Positions 42,614 to 54,500 of a stretch of 64,000 nucleotides of DNA are shown here, piece by piece. The notes under the pieces are model-generated. The model had not been told where the DNA came from. It worked only from the letters and a program-made list of their open reading frames with translations, and did no database searches. The position numbers and the translations under genes were made by a program. How positions within the stretch are numbered: the stretch's first letter is position 1; every line of letters begins with the position of its first letter. This DNA comes from Rotaria socialis (taxonomy: Eukaryota), in NCBI GenBank assembly GCA_905331295.1, contig CAJNYD010000005.1, positions 1-64,000 of the forward strand, given 5' to 3'.

Positions 42614-43336
42614 ATGAGTACTTACATGCACTGCCGGCCGTTCTGCGGCACTAATATTCCTATTTCTTCTTCCCTTTTGCATTTTGTTCGTTCCGGTTAT
42701 ATCACAACTTCAAACTATCAAACTACTGCTCCTTCGCTTTATCACCATTATGATCAAACACCACCTCCACCAGTTGTAGTAAGGCATCGTCGACGATTAG
42801 AGGATCCAATAACAAATTATGCTTCAAACTATTATGTTACGTTTCCTTGTCAGATGACTCAGCTATCACCACGACAGTCTACATCGCCATCATTGCAACC
42901 ACTTTCATTGTCACAACCCAATCAAACTATTTACGACAGATCAAGGCATGACGACATTTATTGTGATCTTTTTAATCTACTCGAATGTCCTTCTCCACCA
43001 ACACCACCATTAACTAAACAAAGACGAAAATATAAATCAAATGATTATAGTCCGTGTCGTCAGCACTGCCGTATGGATATAGAAAATCTTCATACTAAAG
43101 TGAAATGTACGAATGATCGAAAACGGCAACATCAAAAATATAATTATTATAAAGAAAAAAAACGTCAAGATGATAAATTATCATCCATAGAACAATATGA
43201 GCGATCACCAGAAAAAACGAAGAAAGTTAACAATATTTATCCAGGACGTGCGTCAAATAGAGGATTTTTTCGACGAGTGGTACGCAATTATTTTTGTCTG
43301 CCATCGACACTTGCTAATAATGGGTACTCCAGTTAG
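42614..43336 (+). CDS. Uncharacterized 240-aa Pro/Ser/basic low-complexity protein, single coding exon
   Basis: Long ORF for this AT-rich background; upstream UTR intron (gtaag 42304, ttctag 42591); AATAAA at ~43356; no recognisable domain. Confidence 0.6.
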   Translation: MSTYMHCRPFCGTNIPISSSLLHFVRSGYITTSNYQTTAPSLYHHYDQTPPPPVVVRHRRRLEDPITNYASNYYVTFPCQMTQLSPRQSTSPSLQPLSLSQPNQTIYDRSRHDDIYCDLFNLLECPSPPTPPLTKQRRKYKSNDYSPCRQHCRMDIENLHTKVKCTNDRKRQHQKYNYYKEKKRQDDKLSSIEQYERSPEKTKKVNNIYPGRASNRGFFRRVVRNYFCLPSTLANNGYSS

Positions 43337-45277
43337 AGTATTCAGTTGAAACACAAATAAAATGAAGGTTTTTTTAGCAGAAAAAATAAAGAGTTGTTTT
43401 TATTTTACATTAACACAATGAAATTCTAATCATTGTTTTTATTCATTTAATGGCAGAACTTTGTCATTTGTTTTCGTTTTTGTAGAGCAAAACAGTAATA
43501 AATTTTAACAGTTATTGTAAATGCACGATATTACAGAGTGATTTAGAGATTTTATCTGAATGTTGATTTGATAACTTCAAATTAAATATTTTTATCGCAG
43601 CTTTGTATCAATTTATATGTTTTTTCTTCTGAAATTCTTATTTTTAGGTAACTATCGTCAACACAGATATACTAAAAGTGTTTCAATTCGAATCACAACA
43701 ACGAATCAAAGTCATTTCATTTGGAACCGACCGGGTACTGTAGAACTAAATAATGGAATTTTGATTGCAATGATTCGAACATGAAATCGATTGACACAAG
43801 CAATATTGAATTGATGTATATAATTGAGTATTAATAATCAGAAGATTATAATCTTCAAAAGTGTTTGCAGAACCTAGAGAGAAATAGTGATTACAATTTC
43901 TTTTAAAATTGAATAAAAAACTCCGATGTAATAAATGAACTTTTTCGTGAATCATCACTCAAAAATCGGCTTTTTATTATCTTAAAACACCTTTTTTTAA
44001 GGACCCATGGTTCAAGCAAAACTAATAATTGCACATACCTATATTCAGTAACGCGTGTGATGTGAATTTATTTAGAAAACCTTGGTTTATTGTTATGTTT
44101 AGTTTTTATTCAATATTGATCTGCAAAAAAAACAAGTTCGTAATTTTATGATTTTATTTAGAATGTAATATCTATAATATGTAAAAAGTAGTAACAAAAG
44201 CACTATAATATTAAAAAGAAAACTCCAGGCATTGTTTCTTTATATATGACGTTGGTATGAACGATGCTTTGTAATACTAAAATTTTTTACATTATTGAAC
44301 ACAGTGGTGATTCGACAGCAAAAAATGATAAAACTAGCACATTTATAAATGTTTCCTTGTATAATTGTTCAAAATGCATCATATTAGTTATTCAAATACA
44401 ATAGTATCGAGTAAATTTCATTTACTATATATTCTTTTTCTATTGAAATTATTTAATTTCAAGGAAATTCTCAAAAATATATAGTATAAGATCGTTAAAT
44501 ACTATCTTAGACATATAGAAAAGTATCTAAATGTTTTTCTCTACAGATCTTTGTGATACGATTATCAGTTGTTGTAAGTTAAAAGAACTATAAATAATGG
44601 AATGATTGACGAGCACTGTTCACTTATTGATAGCACAATTAATAGCATTCGATAATGAACAACGGTTAGCAATAAAACTTAATTGAGAAATTGTCGATTT
44701 TAATAAAGAGATACTTTGTTTCAGATATATCATTCATATCACTAGCAATTTAAATAGAATGAAAGAATTGGAACATGCATCTCTCATACAAAGATCATGT
44801 CGGAATAAATTTATTAGAATAGATAACATTATTTTGACGCTAGAAAATAGTTGATAAGCTACTTCTGTTTGTATATTTTACAGCTCTTTTTCCTGTAAAT
44901 ATTACATTATTTAACTGTAAATGGATTCAGGTAATCACAGCTGTTTCACACGTGGAAGCAGTTCAGATCTGTTAATAGATAATACTTATCATTCATTTAA
45001 TTCTTATTGATTTATGATTTGGGATGGATATTAGACATAGGCAATATTCTGACCTGTCAAGTGTATACATTTTTTCAATTAAAAGCTCAAATTCATTTAT
45101 TTAAACTAATTTTGTATTTTAATAATTTGCTGGAAAACAAAAGTAATTAGTACTACTCTGAGAGAATAGCTCGGTCTAACTCAGTTAAGTGCCTAGTTAC
45201 TAAGAATTTATCTTCTATTGAATTATATAAATACTGTCAATCTTCAATAGTTTGTTAAATAGCTAATTACACGTGTA

Positions 45278-48141
45278 CCCAAGCAGACAAGGATTGTCAA
45301 AAACGCGTTTAAACGCAATAAAAACGACTTTTCTGCGCGTTTACAGGCGTTTAAAAAAACGTGGTACTATAAACGCTTGAAAATATTGTAATTTTTCCGT
45401 TTCCATGGTCACTTTTTCATAAGCAAGTATTTCTGGACGTTTTCACGCCTCAATAGCAACATTTTTTATCGTTTAAACGTTCATTTCGCAAAAAACGCCT
45501 ATTGACTATCAGAAAGGCAAATTTTCAGAACGTTTTCTGCACCGCTAAAATTGCAAAAAGTATGAAGACTTTTCTTGATCATTTTCATCCTTCAAAACAA
45601 AGTATGTTATGTGTTTCCTGCTCCACTTATATTTTACATTATTCTCCTATTAAGTTCAGCCGTTTTATAGTCATACAATCAAACGATTATAGGAAGAGTA
45701 ACACGATTATTATTTTTGGGATCTTATTTACCTTAATAGTTTCCGTTTAAACACCTACTTTCAACAGTACCTCATGATTTAAACGATTGTGAATATATTG
45801 ATGTTTTTATCTACAAAAATTTAATTATTTAAACATCGCCAGTCACTGTGTTTTATCAATTTTATAAAATGAAATATTTTACGCCATTCTTTCGCGAATT
45901 CTTCATCGTTTTAATGCTGCAAAGCATTTTATTCCATCCAATTAAATGCTTGAGATTTTTGCTCTTTATTTTTTAAAACGTTGACCATTTAAATATCACA
46001 TCTGATTTGTTTTTAGTCATCTTATGTGGGATGAAACTTTCTGTATCTCTTCTTCTAGAAAACTTAATCGTTTAAACGCTCCAGATCATTCTTGTTTTTG
46101 TTGACTTAAATACTTCAAGTTATCATCATTTACTCCTTTAACAATTTAAAAAATGCAAATATTAGATGTAACTCATTTTTACTTATCTTACGGAATGAAA
46201 CTTTTTCGTCTGTTTCTCTTGGAATCTCTGGCGTGACTAATGGTATTAAAGGACGTCAGAACTGATCAATCAGAAAGAAAAACAAAAGTAACGAGTCAGA
46301 CGGAGGAAACTCTAAGTTAATGGATCAGATGAAAGCACTATACAAGTGACTTATCGATCAAAGTGCTGTAAAATTAAGCATTCATCCGAAAGGAGTGTAA
46401 AGTTGATCAATTAGATGATAAGATCTTTAAACTGACTGTTGACTTGATGGCAGGTATCAACTAACCTTCTTATAGAGAGCTAAATAGAAAGAAAATTTGG
46501 AGTTTTCTGTACGCAAGCGTGCTGTGGTGGCTATTCTGATACCGAGCTGCTCACACCAATGGGGCGCGGGTCAAGGCGGTCCGAGTAAACTTCTGAAGTC
46601 TTGATATGCTACCCTCCGTAGACCCTGTCAGATATATCTCTACATGCGCCAGCTCTTCAATAGAAGAGTCGTTCAAGTTAGTCATATACATAAACAGTGA
46701 CCGACGAAAACTCTCACAGCTTCAGGTTATAGCAATGTGATAAAAATTCGTAAAATTCCAGTATCCACAGATCTTCCCAAAGTTGCAGGTTGCCAATGTG
46801 GACTTTGCTTTTCCAGATCAACACCAAAATTAGTACGTATAAGACTCGGCGATTCTAGGAAGGATAACACGTTAACTGCTTGCTATTTTTCGGATATTCT
46901 CCGCTCCATAAAATACAGGATTTTGCAATATAAAAGGAGATCAGAGTCTGGCCTAATATGGGTACAAATCTTGGCCGGTTTTAATTTTCTAAAACTTGCA
47001 TTAAAAGGAAAATATAGCAAATCTACAAGTCACACTTTCAATAATGCACGGATTCGTATTTGCGTGTGTATCCATCGACGACTTTCACGTGTAAGTTCCC
47101 AAGCTATACGCCTACATCGAAAATTAACATCTATGCACATCCCACATTCTTCTACGTACCTACTGACTATCTGGACGATGAATCAATATGTCTATCGTGT
47201 GCATCAAGGAAAGCAATAGTACTACTGCGGTAAATGTAGGCTAAGTGTTGCTACCGTTGCAGCACCTATAGGCGTGGTCTAGGCACTCATGAAAGACCTA
47301 TAGGGTAATTGTATGTGAAATTAAGCTACCCACACGAGGTACGTACCCACCAACGATATGCCTATGGGATAGTTTTATGTTCCATAAGAGTATACATAGA
47401 ACCAACATAAATATGATTAGGGTATCTATAGAAATGACTAAGGTACCGCTAGGGCATTTATAAGAGTGACTTTGGTGTCATTACGATAATCATAAGAGGA
47501 AGTTACTCGTCATCACAATACCTATCAGAGTGACTCAGGTATCATTAGGGTACCTGTCGCGATGAGTTAGGTACCATAGGGCACCTATCGAAATCACATA
47601 GGTACCATCAGAATACCTGTAGGCGTGACTTAGGTACAGTTAGAGAACCTATAGGAGTGATTTAGATATTAGTGGAATACCTAGAGGAATGAGTTAGGCA
47701 TCACTAGAATACCTCCTGTAGGAGTGAGTTAGGTACCATTAGGGCACCTATCGAAATGACTTAGATATCACTAGGATACCTATGGAAATCACTGAAGTAC
47801 CATTAGGATACGTATAAGAGTGAGTTAGGTATCATTAGAGTACCTATGTGCTTTGGAAAAATCGATAATATAAACATTCAGTTTTTGTGAACGTCCGTGG
47901 TTGTCAATCGCGGTTCCCGATTGGCAGCCAGAAACGAATATATAAAGTGGATACGAAAACGTTATTAGAATAGTGTGCAAAAAATGTCTCAAATTTTGAC
48001 GATTTTGTAAAAATGATCGTTTTCACTCTTAGTTAAAGCGGCTGTTTTTGGCTGCCAGTCGGGAACCGCGACTAGCAGCCAAACACGGTCGAAAAATTTG
48101 TGCCGTTTAAACGCGTTTTTGAAATTTTTTGTCTGCTTGGG
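45278..48141. mobile_element. 2.86-kb non-autonomous TIR element with CCC...GGG ends and a TA duplication (CMC/EnSpm-like; superfamily tentative)
   Basis: cccaagcagacaa..caaaaacgcgtttaaacg at the left end and cgtttaaacgcgtttttg..ttgtctgcttggg at the right end; TA on both flanks; repeated tttaaacg motifs; no transposase ORF. Confidence 0.82.
47264..47847. repeat. About 18 degenerate tandem copies of a ~32-bp unit (consensus ~ACCTATAGGAGTGACTTAGGTACCATTAGGAT)
   Basis: acctat/acctgt recurs at about 32-bp spacing; best conserved over 47425-47847. Confidence 0.85.
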
Positions 48142-48494
48142 TATTATCTAAATTTGTATTTTTTTCATGTCTGCATGTTTAATTCAATATTGAGCATTAA
48201 TCATTTTGTATCTATATAAGTTACTTCATAAATATAACATCATGAATTTTATTTTTTCCAAAAGTAAAATCCTTATCATTCAAATATAACAACTGCCGTT
48301 ACTTAAAATTTGAAAAATATACATATTTAAGAAAGTTAACACAGAAAAGAGCAATCCCTTTAAGAACACTAAAAAAAGATATACTCAAAAGATCATGATT
48401 GTAAGTATTGAAATATTTAGTCAGTTAAAACAAGCATGACTACATAATAGGCTTTAGTCTTTATTTAAGCATGAGTGAATTGTACTTTCAATTC

Positions 48495-48899
48495 TTAAAG
48501 AACTTGATCAACAGTACGACGTCGAGCACAACACCAGTATAAAATTAAGCCTGAAAAAGAAATTAAAAAATAATAATAAGACAACACGTAAGAGAAACAT
48601 ACCGCCAATTGGAAAAAAAATAATAATTAAAATCCAAATCAACTTCGAACACACACCATGGCCACTTGAGGTCAGTAATTCGAAAACAGCAATCAAATCA
48701 AGAATCAAAATAATCTAAAAATTACAAAGCCTACTTGTTTCTGTCGAATAGACAAGTTCTAAGTTCTGTAATTGGCACTTACTAAACCAAGAAAACCACC
48801 AAGACTCGACCCAATGATAACTCGATCATCTTGAGCAATTGTAACTGAGATCGATTCTGATAGTATCAAAAGCATAGCAACAAGTAAAGTTGAATCCAT
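48495..48899 (-). CDS. 94-aa membrane protein with a stand-alone PLDc_N (cardiolipin synthase N-terminal-like) domain; 3 exons
   Basis: Exons 48899-48783, 48714-48603 and 48550-48495 splice in frame: MDSTLLVAMLLILSESISVTIAQDDRVIIGSSLGGFLGLIILILDLIAVFELLTSSGHGVCSKLIWILIIIFFPIGGLILYWCCARRRTVDQVL*; K..W...I..FP..G.ILY pattern. Confidence 0.82.
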
Positions 48900-51598
48900 T
48901 TTTTTCTAAAAAGAGACGCAATAATCCGAATTCTAAAACAATATCGACAACATAAAAACAAAGAAAAAAACAAATATTAGTCATAAAACGTACAAGATTC
49001 AACTACTTATGTAAAAACAAAATGTGATTTGGTCTCAAAAAAAAAGAAAATCGCAAATTGCGATTGGACTTCACGTATGGAAGTTCAAGCTAATCAAATT
49101 TACTTTTATATTAAGACATTAGCGCATTTCCCTTGAATGCATCGTCATTTGGTACTGTGAAACTGCAATAAATATGAGGCAGAAAATAAATCATATACAT
49201 TGAAGCAAATAAAAAGGAAAGACTGCAATTGAAAAGGACAAATCGGCGATGACGGAACCCACGCGAGAGCACAGAAGCAAAAAATTGTTTTTTGCAAAAG
49301 TTTACTTCTTGACATTATCGTATTTTCAGGATCAATTTAGAAAAATATTTTTTTCAGACGGAAGATTTGTTCAAAAATAGCAATCAGTTTCTAAAGTTAT
49401 CCAATAATTAACTTGCTATGAGCTATGTAAAAAAAAAAACTTCATCATTATCCAAACCGAGAAAGAAATCATGATTCTCAAAACGTAAGTATATTCATTA
49501 ACCACTTTTGATGTATTGCATCAGAATAGGAAAATGTCAAACACTAGTATATATCGAATATGTTTCAATGCTAACAAACGATTTTACTCATCTTTCCTAA
49601 TCGTATAGATATAAACCAACATTCGCATCCTTAAGAGTTTCGATAAAAATATTTCTATATTCCAGTTAAGAGCTTGACGTATAATATATATAAATATATA
49701 TCGAACGATTATCCATTGTTGCTTTCAAAAAAAGATTCGTTTATTATATCTTTAATCATTGATTAGCAATAGTTGATAACTTGCCAAATCTTCTTGTAAT
49801 ACACATTTCTTAAACTTTGGCTTAAAACTCGTTTATTTAGAAGATTATACAGAAGTAATCGAAAAATTTCATTGGTTTTATATATCTGATTTTTCTTAAA
49901 ATAGCAAAAATGAAAAATGGCATAGCCGTTGTCATTTAATTACATTTGTATTTTATGATCATGACTATCTATTATTATTTAGTTTTACGATCATGTTCAA
50001 TCAGCAATCATTTATTCTTGCTCGTCGCTTTGAAGAATATTAAAAATAAGAAAACAAGACACATGATCTATGTCCATGTATGTTTACTTTTACACTTGAT
50101 ATTATTAATGGTTGATTAAACTATATTTTTGAAGTAATTAAATTATACTTTTTGCAAATATTTGAACATTTTTAGAAGAGCTCAATGGGTACAAATTCTA
50201 AAGTTCAATCGAATGACCATAAAATTGAGTTTGCACATGTAATTTCTAGGTAGAATAAGATGAAATTGATATGGATATTCAAATCTGTTTGCTTTGTAGA
50301 ATAAAATATTTAGGAACTCTACGTGGTCGATGCTCCAGATTTAGATCTATATTTATCTTCAATCTCAAGCCAACAGGAAAGAAGCAAAGAAAACCTGCTT
50401 GAAATCCTTCATGTGTTTTCTCGAAACGTTTGTTTTTGAATGTCGTTGATTATTTTAGTTGATTATGTTTTTGATGAAGATGACTAGAGGACATCTTGCT
50501 ACACATAAAACCGCAGAGAAGAAATAAACACGTCGTCTTGTATTTCTTGATAGTCTCATAGCTTGAATGCAAGTTGAAACACTTTCATTGAGCAATATTC
50601 AAGAAAAAGTTGATATATTTATGTTCGAAGATCATGATACAATTACAGCTACAATAAGTTTTTGTTGTTACTGATTATTTTAGGCTTCAGATTAGCAAAA
50701 AATCAAAATCAATCTGATTTAAACGTTGCCAGCTTCACGTTGTTTATAATAAATAATGATAGTTTATGGAATTAAATCACAGTAGAAAGTGCTACATCTC
50801 AGCACCAAATCTTACTATGTCGCACTAAAAGGAGATACTGATGTTGAAGATACTAAAAATGCTGAGAAATTACTGAAGTACCGGGAGTTTCAAATCTGTA
50901 TTTTCCAACTTGGTTTCGCTGGTCAACAACTCATCTCAGATCAATATTCGCCATCTAGAAGACGCAATGATATTATTAACATTATTTCGTTGTTTTCTTT
51001 TCCTTTAACTCAAACTATTGCTTAATTACACTTAGCTACTGAAGATATTCTTCTGGTAAAAAGCTTCAAATTTATATGACCGAGAAACATCAATGACCTG
51101 TTTCATCTTTTCTCATGTACATCCTTATATTTGATTCTTCTATAGAAATTTCCCAATAGTATATAATTAGAATAAAATATGTTTTCGTCCTGTATTTTTA
51201 GACCGCCTTACTAACAATTCAAGTCGTTGATGATGAATCTTATAAGATGTTATTTTTCCAATGCCTACGTTTGATTATTCAATTCATCGCTTGATTTCTA
51301 TCCTCTCAAATTGATGTTGATCGTCAACGCGAAATAATTTTCGCTATTGTGCTTATCAAAAAATCGTATGGCGGTGTTTTAATAATTTCACAAATTTTTA
51401 TTTCAAAACGATCTCTGAGATAAAACAGCGCATCGAATGAGTACATATTCGAATAAAAGATAATATTCTAAAGTATATAAGAAAAGGGGTTAGATATACT
51501 ACAACTAAGAAATAGAAAAAACGTATAAAGTTATTGCTATCAGAAAAAAACACTCAAAAAAGGATAAGAAATATTGAGACAGAAAAAAAATATGAGAT

Positions 51599-54500
51599 TC
51601 ATGATTGTGAACTTTTAGTCGACAGTTGAGATTTTGCTGTGTGTAATTCTCGTTTAACTGAATCAATCATTGTTTGAAACCTAAAATAAAAACATCAACA
51701 ATTCGAATGTTTCTTCGGAAAAAAAAGCAATAAAGCAAATAATAGTAATAAAAAAATTAATCAGTACATTCATCGAGCAAAATGTTTAGTTGATCATTTT
51801 TTCGTATATAACGGTATAGAAATGAATTAATCAATACTTTCATTCTAAATATGCAATATTCTAACAATTTTATAGGAATTTTGAAAGCAACATTATCTAT
51901 ATTTTTACTTGAACAATCACCTAGAAAATATATTATGCACACGGGTAAGACATGAGAATTGAAACTAAGATCTTATTATCTTCCTTGAAATTTGATATAT
52001 TCTTATAAACATATCAGTTATGACGACGAAAGAGTCTAAACCATGAAAAGAAAATTGATCTTTTTGTCATCAATAAACAAAAATCATTGTTTTTGATAAA
52101 TAAATAAGGGCCTGTATCACAAACGAATGAACTCATAGAATGCCAACATGAGAAATATCTATTAATCTGATAGTTAATCAGATCGAAGATCACAATAACT
52201 GATTTGGTACATGAATACTTATATCAACCGATAGGATCTTACTGTCGATATCGGTCATTGATGCGATCTTTTTCATCCTAAATAAAATAATAAAAATTTT
52301 AACAAAACGCTTATGAATGAAATATAATTGAACCTCTGTTAAAGCTCTCCGTTTTTCATATTCAATTTGCATTTCAATTGTTTGCAATTGCTTTGAGCGT
52401 TCAATTTCTTTCACAGAATGTCCTTCCACTCTTGCAAGTTGACTCTATTTGAAATTAATAAAGTCATATAATTTATAGCTACATTGAACTATTCATTATA
52501 TTTACTTGTAATAATTTTAATTTATCCGACGATTCTCTTTCAAAATCTTTATGATCTAAAAGTGAATTTTGTTTTAAAAATAAGACAAAATTACGAAAAT
52601 TCTTTTTTTTAATATTACTAAGCCTTTCACGTGTTAAATCATCGACAATAACTTCTCGTTTGGCTAATTCTGCTGCAAAATATTTTCTATCAGCATCACT
52701 ATCGAGTAACGCATTGTTGAGATCGTGACGAAGTTTATTTTCTTGTTGTTGACGGATTTCTAATTCTTGTTTAAGCCATGCAAGGCGCGCCTGTTAATTT
52801 TTAAAGCAAATGACAAGTAAGTAAAGGAAACTCGTTTTATTTTATTACTTTAACTTTGCTTAGCCACGTTTCAATATCATTACGAGAACTTGCTGGTGAA
52901 TCAAGAATAAATGGTTCATCAGAATCATTTGATAAACATTCTGTACAATAAATAATATCATTATATACTGTATGAAGTGAATTCTATAAAGTATCATCTT
53001 ATCGATGCAAAATATTCAAAAAATAAAGTTTTAGTTTACTTGAAAATCCTTTTCTTTTTTAATAATATCATTTTTTTCATTGTTCGTGTCAACTGTTAAC
53101 TTAATAATTCTAGTAAAGAAGAAAAAACGAGCATTCATTATTTTTATTATGAGAAAGAGAGAGAGAGAGAGAGAGAGAGAACAAGAAAATGTTTGATCAT
53201 ACTTTGATTCTAATTCATCAATTAATCGAGTCTAAAATCAATATTTAAAGTTCAAAGAATAAATTAAGATATTTCGAATGAAACAAAACCTTTTCTTTCA
53301 ATTCTCTTGATATAGTTTCACATGTATATTGTGTTTGTGATGCTTCTTCTTCATATTTTCCTGCTTTTTCTTGAAGTCTTTCAATATCTTTTTTATGCTC
53401 GATTTCATGTCTTTGAAAAATTCCCACACGTGCCTTTTCATCTGATAGTTGTAACTAAAAATTAAGAAATAGATTGCTATAAAAATGTTTCATATCATTT
53501 TTTTATACTTTGAGAGTTTCAATTTTATTTTCATAATCAACCTGAATGGTTTTCATACCACGCGTATATTCTATTTTTGCCGTTTCTAGTTTACGCTATT
53601 GAATATATGAAGAAGAAAAAAAAACAGCAGAATTCTTTTCTAAAGATTAATGTGATTAGGAAAACTAACTTTCATTTCTTCATAATCACTTTCAAGTGAA
53701 GCAAGTTTTGTTTGAAATTTAGTCTTTTCCTTAGTTTAAATAAAAATGACTAAGAGACTTTATCAAGATAAAAACATACATCATTAAATGTTTTCGAAAC
53801 GGATTGATATTGAATAGATAATGATTCTCGTTCAAATTCAATTTCCTTAATTTTTTGTAAGAAATCCTAAAGGAAAAATTTATTTGTTAAAAGCAAACAA
53901 TAAAAATAATTCTACCATGCGTTCGTTTTCGAGTTCAATTATATGCTGTTGAAATTGAGAACGAGATACACTAAGTGCTTCAATATCGTGCTAAAATTTA
54001 AAAACAAATAATAATAATAATAATAATGGAAGATTTCGTCATTAGGTAGAAAGGCGTCTAACTTCAGCTTGTTTTAATTTTGAATCAACATTATTTCGAT
54101 GATTGATTTCTTCTTGTAATAATTGTTGAATATTTTGTTTTTCTTTATCAAGTTGTGAATTACGCTGACGATAAACAGATAATTGACTTTCAAGCTGTAA
54201 TCAAACATAGAAAATAGATCGATCTCAAAAATGAGAAATCATCATTTTTACTTCGTTGCCAACAGTTTTAAATGTCACTATTTCTGCGTCTTGTGTTGAG
54301 CGAATTGTACGTAGTTGAGCAAGCTAATAGATAATGAATGTTGAGCTTTGTTGTATTCGATAATATTCGTATAACTTACATCATTTTCAGTTCGTTTAAA
54401 ATGTTCTTCGATTCGATTATGTTTAGTCTAAATAATATGAAAAGAAGTTTTAAGTGAAATTATTTGTTAAATATAATTCTAAAATAGCAGAGAAGAAAAA

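Noticed and set aside
46255..46720. Possible hammerhead ribozyme (ctgatc.., gacgaaa fragments)
   Set aside because: I could not assemble a CUGANGA...GAAA core with three paired stems by eye
46737..47219. 160-aa ORF as a transposase
   Set aside because: No DDE, zinc-finger or other recognisable motif; non-ATG start
47264..47847. 32-bp periodic array as a CRISPR array
   Set aside because: Units are contiguous degenerate copies with no constant-repeat/unique-spacer alternation; no cas genes; eukaryotic context
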